Virus record (IMG/VR): IMGVR_UViG_3300011444_000015
Location: 1-38,081 of that record
Reading direction: 5' to 3' (one strand)
DNA from: a virus
Taxonomy: Duplodnaviria; Caudoviricetes
Length of the DNA stretch: 38,081 nt
Shown here piece by piece: positions 9,920 to 17,084 of this stretch. Within the stretch, counting starts at the first letter, position 1; each line of letters begins with the position of its first letter. Under the pieces are notes generated by a model, which was not told the DNA's origin, ran no database searches, and worked only from the letters and a program-made list of their open reading frames with translations. The translations under genes were made by a program, and so were the position numbers.

Positions 9920-10167
9920 TTCTTCTTGGCTATATCTCATTGTTCGCGCTCGGCATTTGGTTTGAGCGCAGGCGAAAGGAGGTGAAGGAAATGGCAAGTG
10001 CAATTGAAAATCTGAGCGCTTCTGTTGCTGCCTTGGCGGCTGCGGTGGATAGCGCAGTCACGGTAATCAACACTCCCCACGCGACCGACGCGCAGGTTCA
10101 GGCTGCGGCTGATGCGGTCAACGCACAGGCGGCTCGACTGAGCGCAGCGACCACTCCGGCTTCCTAA
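9916..10167 (+). CDS. N-terminal TM plus Ala-rich coiled-coil protein (spanin-like topology)
   Basis: GTGA-coupled start. VILLGYISLFALGIWF then ERRRK and a heptad helix. Alternative start at ATG 9991. Confidence 0.45.
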   Translation: MILLGYISLFALGIWFERRRKEVKEMASAIENLSASVAALAAAVDSAVTVINTPHATDAQVQAAADAVNAQAARLSAATTPAS

Positions 10168-10174
10168 TTCCAAA

Positions 10175-10215
10175 AACCCGCCACGCCTCTCGAAGAAAGC
10201 GCACCAGGGCGGGTG
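10175..10215 (+). terminator. Possible hairpin ending the late operon
   Basis: ACCCGCC...GGCGGGT inverted repeat just after the stop at 10167. Long loop and poor U-tract. Confidence 0.3.
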
Positions 10216-10235
10216 CTTGACTTATGATGACCATC

Positions 10236-10363
10236 TTCGCCGCGTGAGTGAGTGGTGAAAACCGGCGGTCGAAGTGCGCGAACGGTCAGGGATTAACGAG
10301 GGACCGCGCCTGACATCACTCACTTCCTCAGTAGTCGCGTCAGTGTCAGTAGGGCGCGGCGGA
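10236..10363 (+). ncRNA. Candidate structured RNA between lysis genes and integrase
   Basis: Nested stems 10236-10245/10354-10363, 10248-10257/10314-10323 and 10285-10290/10309-10314, plus a crossing pair 10265-10270/10302-10307. Confidence 0.4.
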
Positions 10364-10403
10364 TACTCCCCGATCAGCAGGAACAGATTCAGCTTGGGGT
10401 GCT

Positions 10404-11480
10404 TCATTTCCGTAGCGCCCAAAACTCGTCGGCATCTTTCTTGGTGACCAATTCCCGGTAATGCTGGAATAGCACCCGCTCGGAGTGTCCAAGCTCGTTC
10501 GCGGTCTGCGCGGCCCCGAGAATCGGCAACATCATTGAGGCGGCGGTGTGTCTCAGGCAATCACGCGGCCAGGGGATTTTGGAGGCGAGCTTCACGGCGG
10601 CGAGTCTGCGCACCAGATTCTTGACCGGAAAGCTTTTGCCGATCCTGCGCGGCAACCACGCACTGAGCGTGTCGCCAATCGTCACAAGCCTGCGATTGCG
10701 CGTCTTGCTCGTGGCTGGCGTGATTTGGATGTGACCTGCCCTGAAATCTCCAGCGGTGAGCTTTCGTGCCTCTGACGGCCGCACGCCGCCGAAAAGCTGC
10801 ACTGCAATGAAGGGGAGCAATCGGCGATCATTGGCCTTGCATGTGTCCAACAGTGTGCGGCATTGGTCCACGGTGAGAATGCCGGGCGGTTTATCGTCGA
10901 GGCTAATTCGCTCCATGGCCTTGACCGGATTCGACACCGCGTAGCCGCGTTTGACGGCGAATTGGAAAAACGTCGAGAGGTCAATCAGAAGCGACCGGCG
11001 GGTTGCCATTGCAAAACCGGCATCATTCATCCACTTCTCAATTGCGCTCGCCCGAATTTCCGACGGGTATTCGACCGGGATTGCGACTTGCATCCGGCGC
11101 AATGAACTGGCCAACGATTGGAGATACCGTGGCCTTTTGCCACTGGCGCGCTTTACGGCGAGTAGATCGAGTGCGATTGCGGCGACATTCTTGCGCTGAA
11201 TCGCGACGTGATGCTGCGAGTAGAATTCAAGGCATTGGTCGATTGTGGCGCCGAGCGTGGCGAGCTTGGTTTTTGCGTTCATAAACTGAAGGCGGTCTTC
11301 GGTGGTCAGCGACAGCGCGGCGGTTCCGTGGTTCGCGATCTCGGCCAGCATCGGCTCGCGCCAGTTCTTCGCCTCGGCTTCCGTCAGGAACATCTTGCGT
11401 CCGCCGCCGACCGAGCGGAGATCAAGCTGCCATCGCGTACGGCCACGCTGCCTGATTTTCTTTATCGGGAGTGCTGCCAT
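10404..11480 (-). CDS. int: Tyrosine recombinase / phage integrase
   Basis: GGVRPSE (catalytic R), SKT (K), DCLRHTAAS (variant HxxR), LGHS, and HY (catalytic Y). Adjacent to attP. Confidence 0.95.
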   Translation of the reverse strand: MAALPIKKIRQRGRTRWQLDLRSVGGGRKMFLTEAEAKNWREPMLAEIANHGTAALSLTTEDRLQFMNAKTKLATLGATIDQCLEFYSQHHVAIQRKNVAAIALDLLAVKRASGKRPRYLQSLASSLRRMQVAIPVEYPSEIRASAIEKWMNDAGFAMATRRSLLIDLSTFFQFAVKRGYAVSNPVKAMERISLDDKPPGILTVDQCRTLLDTCKANDRRLLPFIAVQLFGGVRPSEARKLTAGDFRAGHIQITPATSKTRNRRLVTIGDTLSAWLPRRIGKSFPVKNLVRRLAAVKLASKIPWPRDCLRHTAASMMLPILGAAQTANELGHSERVLFQHYRELVTKKDADEFWALRK

Positions 11481-11527
11481 CTGCTGCCAAAAAATATGGT
11501 ATCAACTGACTGCAACTGACTGCAACT
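11472..11527 (+). repeat. attP left arm repeats
   Basis: TGCTGCCA twice (11472, 11482) and CAACTGACTG x2.5 (11503-11527). Confidence 0.6.
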
Positions 11528-11608
11528 TACCACAAGTGTAAAAGTGAATCGCAACGCACTGGAGCGCCTAAAATCAATATTCAAACGAGGATTTGTCACT
11601 TTTTCAAA

Positions 11609-11635
11609 TGGTGCGCGATACAGGGTTCGAACCTG
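11609..11635 (-). other. attP: attP core: 3' end of a tRNA (T-arm, acceptor strand, CCA), most like tRNA-Val
   Basis: Reverse complement CAGGTTCGAACCCTGTATCGCGCACCA. No 5' half of a tRNA. About 130 bp from the int start. Confidence 0.85.
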
Positions 11636-11653
11636 CCGAAAAACGCGAGATTG

Positions 11654-11959
11654 CTAAGGATTCGGAAGGATGCTGCCAATTTGCTGCCGATCTTCTGGAT
11701 AAGGCCATGCGGGCTCCACTGTCGGATTCGCGACCGCATAGTATTTATGGATGGCGCGAAGCTCCTTCAATCCGCTCATAGTCTGCTGATTTGCCAGCTT
11801 TAGCTGATGTTCGATACGTCCAAGCTTCGACATTATGATGAATGGCAGGATCAGCCAACAGACGATCAGGACCAGCAAGAACACCAAGGCTGCAATTCCA
11901 ACCATGCCGCCGAGTGCGGCGGCCATATCAGTGCCAGAGGAAGCGAGGATAGTGTTCAT
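11654..11959 (-). CDS. Single-TM membrane protein in the lysogeny transcript (superinfection exclusion possible)
   Basis: Long hydrophobic helix LVFLLVLIVCWLILPFII, located between repressor and int. Confidence 0.6.
   Translation of the reverse strand: MNTILASSGTDMAAALGGMVGIAALVFLLVLIVCWLILPFIIMSKLGRIEHQLKLANQQTMSGLKELRAIHKYYAVANPTVEPAWPYPEDRQQIGSILPNP
11671..11689 (+). repeat. attP right arm repeats
   Basis: TGCTGCCA at 11671 and TGCTGCCG at 11682; same word and orientation as the left arm. Confidence 0.6.
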
Positions 11960-12012
11960 TTTATTTTAGGGGTATGACGGCAAATGTCTGACGGCATGTG
12001 CAAAGATGCGGA

Positions 12013-12213
12013 ATGAAAACGAAATCTCCAAAACCCGTAAAACTCACCGCGAACGAAGTGGCCTGGCTGCTCGGCATTTCGCGGCGGGATCTCATTGGCC
12101 TTTTACGCTTCCTGAACGGTTGCCAGCCTCGGTCTCTAAAAAGCTTGTCACATCGACTTGGCGCTTCCGTTCGCTCAGAAGCATTGGGATGCCGACGATT
12201 AATACGTCGTTAA
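12013..12213 (+). CDS. Possible small HTH protein, antisense-overlapping the repressor 3' end
   Basis: KLTANEVAWLLGISRR resembles excisionase/HTH_17 helices. Confidence 0.3.
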   Translation: MKTKSPKPVKLTANEVAWLLGISRRDLIGLLRFLNGCQPRSLKSLSHRLGASVRSEALGCRRLIRR

Positions 12214-12352
12214 CGAATTCCGCCATAGTTGGCTTCGGTTTGCCGATTTCTTTCAGGGCCTTGTCAATCAGTAAGCGCGTTTCCGGGCGCACCTGAAAGG
12301 TGATCGTGTCACGTTTGGATTCCCCCTTGGGGCGTCCGCCTTTATTTTTCAT
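12092..12352 (-). CDS. Putative immunity repressor, ribbon-helix-helix fold
   Basis: GGRPKG followed by TITFQV strand, helix and MAEFVNDVL helix. Divergent from the early operon. Start could be 12391. Confidence 0.6.
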   Translation of the reverse strand: MKNKGGRPKGESKRDTITFQVRPETRLLIDKALKEIGKPKPTMAEFVNDVLIVGIPMLLSERKRQVDVTSFLETEAGNRSGSVKGQ

Positions 12353-12442
12353 CAATGATCTTCCGATTATCCGCTTAAATCTCGTTTTCATAAATATTTA
12401 TTCACTTTGAGTTTTGCATGTCCACATTAATCAACATCGTCA

Positions 12443-12509
12443 TTTGTAAGACAATTCCCCCGCGTATGCAATTTCTTTTATTGCCTACTTGTCTTACATG
12501 ACTTACAAC
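12443..12509. promoter_or_regulatory. Back-to-back sigma70-like promoters with embedded operators
   Basis: Rightward TTGCCT(12481)-17-TACAAC; leftward TTGCAT(12471)-17-TACAAA. TGWCTTACA sites at 12445-12453(-), 12490-12498(+) and 12499-12507(+). Confidence 0.6.
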
Positions 12510-12519
12510 GCTCACTGTC

Positions 12520-12690
12520 ATGAGCGAACGACGAGCAGCAACGATAACTTTTCAGCCAACCGATGCCGTCCGAACCCTGCTGGCACGGGCCGCCAAAGAG
12601 CGCAAGGGCACCCCGCGCTCCCGACTCATCAACGATGCCATTGCCGCCGCACTGAAGAATCTGGTCGGCAAGCGGGAGCAGTTGCCATGA
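12520..12690 (+). CDS. Cro-position ribbon-helix-helix protein (56 aa; missed by ORF track)
   Basis: MSERRAATITFQPTDAVRTLLARAAKERKGTPRSRLINDAIAAALKNL. ATGA-coupled to the next gene. Confidence 0.7.
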   Translation: MSERRAATITFQPTDAVRTLLARAAKERKGTPRSRLINDAIAAALKNLVGKREQLP

Positions 12691-12857
12691 AAACCTACGC
12701 CGCCGCCGCCGCTGATCTTGGCGTGAGCAAGCAGACGATTCAGCGTCTGGCAGCCGCTCACGCGTTCGCCGTGGTCCGGATCAACGCGCGCACGGTTCGC
12801 ATCGCTGATGCCGAATGGGACCGGTTCAAGGCGCGCCGCACACGGAGGGCATCATGA
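12687..12857 (+). CDS. Excisionase-like HTH protein
   Basis: MKTYAAAAADLGVSKQTIQRL...VVRINARTVRIADAEWDRF. Confidence 0.75.
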   Translation: MKTYAAAAADLGVSKQTIQRLAAAHAFAVVRINARTVRIADAEWDRFKARRTRRAS

Positions 12858-13027
12858 CCGTGAAAATCACCAACGCACAGGCCGCGATTGCGCACGGCGT
12901 GCCTGAAGAAAAGGCGGTCGCGATGCAAGGCAAAGAATTTAAGGTCATCGACGAGATCACCGGATTTGTGCAACTGGAAAATTTTTATTGGGTTCCAAAG
13001 GAATCCTTCACCCGCGTCAAGCCATGA
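12854..13027 (+). CDS. Hypothetical protein
   Basis: GGAGG upstream; ATGA-coupled at both ends. Confidence 0.55.
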   Translation: MTVKITNAQAAIAHGVPEEKAVAMQGKEFKVIDEITGFVQLENFYWVPKESFTRVKP

Positions 13028-13200
13028 TAATTGCCATCGCCAAAGACATATCGAAAGACCCCAAAGCGCAGCTCGAAGCGCTGGCCGCCGTGCTGACTGC
13101 CATTGAGCCGGCCGCACAGAAGTTCAGCCGCCAGGAATTGGTCAGGACCGCGAATGCGTTTTTGCGCCGGCTGCGGGTCATGGGCGGGAGGAAGGCGTGA
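13024..13200 (+). CDS. Hypothetical protein
   Basis: MIIAIAKDISKDPKAQ...; ATGA-coupled. Confidence 0.5.
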   Translation: MIIAIAKDISKDPKAQLEALAAVLTAIEPAAQKFSRQELVRTANAFLRRLRVMGGRKA

Positions 13201-13203
13201 ATT

Positions 13204-13404
13204 CATTAGTGACGGCAGGGGGTGCGCAATTCGGGAATTGGATCACTCCGTGCCGTGTGCCGTTCGTTAGGGACTCCAGTCAGGCGGTATTGCCTCGGGT
13301 AACCGGGGACGCTGCGCTGATCCAAGCTGGTGGTCCACCCGTTACGTGCCGTCCCAGTGGACATAGTGCAGGGGCCGAAGGGTCACCTCCTGCCGTCACT
13401 GATG
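13204..13404 (+). ncRNA. Candidate ~200-nt multi-stem structured RNA in the early operon
   Basis: 21-bp closing stem 13204-13224/13384-13404 with two G-U pairs. Inner stems 13238-13245/13318-13325, GUAA-tetraloop hairpin 13293-13308, and 13333-13338/13357-13362. Confidence 0.6.
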
Positions 13405-13412
13405 GTCTGAAA

Positions 13413-13931
13413 GTGTGTCCGGTTTGTGAGAATGGGTTTGAGCCGAAAAGAAGCTCTCATCGATTTTGTTCCAAGGAATGCTACCAAAAGGCCTACAGGC
13501 AAACCCCGGAATTCAAGGCCTACCAAAAGGCCTACGGGCAAACGCCGAAATACAAGGCCTACCGAAAGGCCTACGGGCAAACGCCGAAATACAAGGCCCG
13601 CCAAAAGGCCTACCGAAAGGCCTACGGGCAAACCCCGGAATTCAAGGCCTACCAAAAGGCCTACGGGCAAACCCCGGAATTCAAGGCCTACCAAAAGGCC
13701 TACGGGCGTAACCTTCGCTTCATATCCCGCGCAGTCCAGCAACATCAACTCCAAAACAGTTTAAACAAATATGCAAACGAACAACACAATTCAATCGACC
13801 AATCAACAATCGACCAGTCACAGGCGGCAAGAATTCCTCAATCAGTGGCAGGGGATTTACAACGCGGCTGCCCTTGGGGTTTACGAATCGTCAAAGCAAC
13901 TGAACAAGTATCTCAGCCAATGGCCGGATGA
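13413..13931 (+). CDS. Zn-finger plus Tyr/Lys repeat protein (start uncertain; frame open from 13197)
   Basis: CPVC-x12-CSKEC followed by KAYQKAYGQTPEF repeats. Confidence 0.55.
   Translation: MCPVCENGFEPKRSSHRFCSKECYQKAYRQTPEFKAYQKAYGQTPKYKAYRKAYGQTPKYKARQKAYRKAYGQTPEFKAYQKAYGQTPEFKAYQKAYGRNLRFISRAVQQHQLQNSLNKYANEQHNSIDQSTIDQSQAARIPQSVAGDLQRGCPWGLRIVKATEQVSQPMAG
13481..13707 (+). repeat. Coding tandem repeat, ~39-bp units with 12-bp sub-repeats
   Basis: AGGCCTACCAAAAGGCCTACGGGCAAACCCCGGAATTCA and variants, about 5 copies. Confidence 0.9.
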
Positions 13932-14397
13932 CATTGACTGGTTTTGCGATTCGACCGGCTGGCCTGAATCCAGAGTCAAGCATTGGTCCAACATCTGCAC
14001 CAAGCTGGCATCCGAAGAACTCCTGTTGAACGAAGGCGCGCCGTGGGCGAGGGCGGTCCGTGCGCTCCCGTTCGAGACGCAAAAGGAAGTGCTCACGAAA
14101 CCGCTCGAAGTGCTCGTGGACAAAGGCGAGGTCATGCAAATGGACGTGCGCAACCTGACGCCGGAACTCGTCGAGCAAGTCATCGACAAGAAGGCGCACG
14201 AGGTTCGATTGCCAGCCAAGCAACGGGCATGGCGCGAGACCAAAGCCATGAAGGTGACGGAGCCGCCGCGCACCAGTGAGCCTTACCGCATCGTCAAGGG
14301 CCGGTTCATCACAACTGGCGCGGTCAATATCTCGCTCGAAGAATTCATCCTGAAGCACAAGCGCGACGTGATGAAGATTCTCGCCGAGGCCAAGTAA
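13771..14397 (+). CDS. Hypothetical phage protein
   Basis: 208 aa with codon usage typical of this genome; A-rich upstream region. Confidence 0.7.
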   Translation: MQTNNTIQSTNQQSTSHRRQEFLNQWQGIYNAAALGVYESSKQLNKYLSQWPDDIDWFCDSTGWPESRVKHWSNICTKLASEELLLNEGAPWARAVRALPFETQKEVLTKPLEVLVDKGEVMQMDVRNLTPELVEQVIDKKAHEVRLPAKQRAWRETKAMKVTEPPRTSEPYRIVKGRFITTGAVNISLEEFILKHKRDVMKILAEAK

Positions 14398-14614
14398 ATG
14401 AAAGCCATCGCCGAATTCTGCTTAGGCGCACTGATTGCAGCGGTTTTGTTAACTGCGGCGGTCGTCGCGATGTGGAGGTGCCAGTGAACCCGAAGAAGAA
14501 TCCAATGGAACGGCGCAAACGTCCGACGAGGCATCCCGGAATTCGTATCCGCATGTGCGGTGCCAGTCGGCAGGCGATGCGGAATAAGCAGGCAACCAAG
14601 GAGGGGTATATCAA

Positions 14615-15325
14615 GTGAGCGAATGCATCAAACTCGACCTAATCCGCACGGATGCCGGAACGCAGGTCCGCGTCTGCCTGACTGATGACGTGGTCGCCGA
14701 TTACGCGGCGCGAATGCTCGAAGGTGACAAGTTCCCGCCAGTCGCCGTGTTTCACGACGGCACGAGTTACATATTGGCCGACGGCTTCCACCGCGTCATG
14801 GCCGCGCTGCATAACAATTTCAAAGACATCCTGGCTGACGTGCGGAAAGGCTCGAAGCTGGATGCGCTCAAGTTCGCACTGGGTGCAAATCGAGCTAACG
14901 GACTACGGCGCACGAATGCGGATAAGCGCAGGTCAGTTGTCATCGCATTGCAGAATTTCGCGAACCAATCGGACCGCGCGATTGCGGACATGTGCGGGGT
15001 GAATCACGAAATGGTTGGCTCGCTCCGCAGTGATCAGGTGGCGGATTCCGCCACCCGAATCGGGCGCGATGGCAAATCGCAAGCCGCCAAAAAGAAAAAG
15101 CTTTCGCCGGTCGAAATGCCAGAGGAGAACTCTGGACGGTTTAAGGTGGCGGCTTCCACTACGCCGCCGGTTGTCACCCATGAAACATCGCCCGGCGTTC
15201 CTGTTGTCGATGAATGGGGCGCTGAACCTGAGCCCGATTCGCCGGTCCTTGCCGAATTGAAAACGCTGTGGGGTAAGGCGACTCAACCCGAGCGCATGGC
15301 GTTCAGTCAATGGGCGCATTTATGA
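14615..15325 (+). CDS. ParB/Srx-like N-terminal domain protein with HTH
   Basis: FPPVAVFHDG..YILADGFHRVMAA and SDRAIADMCGVNHEMV. Confidence 0.75.
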   Translation: MSECIKLDLIRTDAGTQVRVCLTDDVVADYAARMLEGDKFPPVAVFHDGTSYILADGFHRVMAALHNNFKDILADVRKGSKLDALKFALGANRANGLRRTNADKRRSVVIALQNFANQSDRAIADMCGVNHEMVGSLRSDQVADSATRIGRDGKSQAAKKKKLSPVEMPEENSGRFKVAASTTPPVVTHETSPGVPVVDEWGAEPEPDSPVLAELKTLWGKATQPERMAFSQWAHL

Positions 15326-15416
15326 TTTACATGGCCTGTCTCCTGTTCGTGCTCTGGATGCCGTTAATCTGGCGGCATCGGCACTCGAAGCAAACGTCGG
15401 TTCAACTCCTCAAATT

Positions 15417-16205
15417 ATGTGTGACTTCCATTCCATCTTAGGCATTGCCATCGGCGAGAATTACGAGATCAGGCATGACTCTGGCAACTCGCATTCCGAA
15501 ATGGCAAACGAATTGCGAAACCTGCCGAACCGTCAGCCTGTCATTTTCGAGGCTGAATGGAACGGCGAAGGTGATGTGCCGTCGGATGGCACACTGATTC
15601 GCAATAACGGCGAGTGTCCAGACCGACTGACGAAAAAGATTCGAGATCATTACATCAAGCTTAAGGAGGCGATCACCACCGGCAAACATTTCGACGGATA
15701 TTTCAAGGACACAAAGAAATGGGCTGACGTCTGGTGCCGGGCCATTGCGAACAATGTGCCAATCCAGCTGCCTGCTGTTTTCCACGGCAACCTCACCGTG
15801 TATGGGTCCGCGAAGCTCGATGCGCCTGCGCTGACGGAAGTCGGCGGCAACCTCTACGTGTATGCGTCCGCGAAGCTCGATGCGCCTGCGCTGACGGAAG
15901 TCGGCGGCTACCTCACCGTGGATGGGTCCGCGAAGCTCGATGCGCCTGCGCTGACGGAAGTCGGCGGCAACCTCACCGTGGATGGGTCCGCGAAGTTGGA
16001 TGCGCCTGCGCTGACGGAAGTCGGCGGCTACCTCTACGTGGATGGGTCCGCGAAGTTGGATGCGCCTGCGCTGACGGAAGTCGGCGGCAACCTCACCGTG
16101 TATGGGTCCGCGAAGCTCGATGCGCCTGCGCTGACGGAAGTCGGCGGCTACCTCTACGTGGATGGGTCCGCGAAGCTCGATGCGCCAAAATTGAAACGTA
16201 AATAA
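15417..16205 (+). CDS. LRR-like / beta-solenoid repeat protein
   Basis: Unique N-terminal domain (MCDFHS...) plus seven 20-aa repeats GxLxVxGSAKLDAPALTEVG. Confidence 0.8.
   Translation: MCDFHSILGIAIGENYEIRHDSGNSHSEMANELRNLPNRQPVIFEAEWNGEGDVPSDGTLIRNNGECPDRLTKKIRDHYIKLKEAITTGKHFDGYFKDTKKWADVWCRAIANNVPIQLPAVFHGNLTVYGSAKLDAPALTEVGGNLYVYASAKLDAPALTEVGGYLTVDGSAKLDAPALTEVGGNLTVDGSAKLDAPALTEVGGYLYVDGSAKLDAPALTEVGGNLTVYGSAKLDAPALTEVGGYLYVDGSAKLDAPKLKRK
15785..16186 (+). repeat. 60-bp coding tandem repeat, 6.7 copies
   Basis: Exact 60-nt period visible on consecutive sequence lines 15781-16141. Confidence 0.97.
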
Positions 16206-16207
16206 TC

Positions 16208-17083
16208 ATGAACGAAATCGAATTATACAAAAAGATATCCCCGCAGACTGCACTTCAATCCATCGCGGCAATGGGCGCGTGGTTCTCGGCAAGCGGTATG
16301 TTTGGCGCAACGAATCCGTCGCAAGGCAACATCATTGCTCTAACCTGCGTCACGGAGCACATGACCCCGATCGAGTTTGCGCGCACCTACGACATCGTGG
16401 ACAACAAGCTGCGCAAGAAAACGTCGAGCATTCATGGCGAGTTCCTGAATAAGGGCGGGAAATTGAAATGGCTAAAGGACGGCGAGGACGGCAAGGCCGC
16501 ATCGATCGAGTTGACCTGGCAGGACCAGACCATCGTTTACACGTTCACCATCGAGGCGGCACAACGCCAGGGACTGGTGCGCGAAGGTTCCAACTGGAAA
16601 AAGTCTGTCGGCAACATGCTGCGTGCCCGGGCCATTTCGAACGGCGTGGCGATGCTGATGCCGCAGGTTGTCTCAGGCTGGGACGAAACAGATGCCACGC
16701 CAGCACCGACTGCGAAGCTGCTGCCAGATCCTGAGCCAGTGAAGGTGGTTGCGGAGCCAGCATCGGAAGCCGCGCCAGTCATCGAAGCTGAAGTTGTTCA
16801 GGCTCCACAACCTGAACCGGTCGCCGCCAAGTCGGAACCAACTGAGCCAGTCCGCTTAACTGGGCTAATTGTTGACACCGCTGGAAACATCACTGAGGAC
16901 ACGGCGCAAACCATTGTCAAAATCTTCGGGGCATCCATCACGGTTTGCATGGATTGGCTCAAGGCCCGCCGCTGGATTACGGACGACATCATGCAGCTTA
17001 AGCCGGCGCGCGCGGAGCAGATCATGAAGAACCCGGCCGGATTTCTGTCGGCGGTCACCGGGGCGAACGTGACGAAAGCGTGA
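16208..17083 (+). CDS. Single-strand annealing protein, RecT/Redbeta-like
   Basis: FTIEAAQRQGLV..GSNWKK...NMLRARAIS motif; adjacent to an exonuclease. Confidence 0.65.
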   Translation: MNEIELYKKISPQTALQSIAAMGAWFSASGMFGATNPSQGNIIALTCVTEHMTPIEFARTYDIVDNKLRKKTSSIHGEFLNKGGKLKWLKDGEDGKAASIELTWQDQTIVYTFTIEAAQRQGLVREGSNWKKSVGNMLRARAISNGVAMLMPQVVSGWDETDATPAPTAKLLPDPEPVKVVAEPASEAAPVIEAEVVQAPQPEPVAAKSEPTEPVRLTGLIVDTAGNITEDTAQTIVKIFGASITVCMDWLKARRWITDDIMQLKPARAEQIMKNPAGFLSAVTGANVTKA

Positions 17084-17084
17084 T

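Noticed and set aside
11560-11690. Intact tRNA gene
   Set aside because: Only the T-arm and acceptor 3' strand are present; no D or anticodon arm.
13197-13412. N-terminal extension of the Zn-finger ORF
   Set aside because: Low-complexity translation coinciding with the base-paired element. Not excluded, since GTGA coupling at 13197 exists.
13383-13764. Alternative-frame repeat ORFs (13383-13754 -, 13426-13764 +, 13466-13711 +)
   Set aside because: Stop-free shadows of the tandem repeat.
15785-16186. CRISPR array
   Set aside because: Contiguous in-frame 60-bp coding units with no unique spacers. The Cas4-like nuclease nearby sits in a standard recombination module.
15417-16205. Complete diversity-generating retroelement
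   Set aside because: No reverse transcriptase or separate template repeat in the window, and many adenines in the repeat are invariant.
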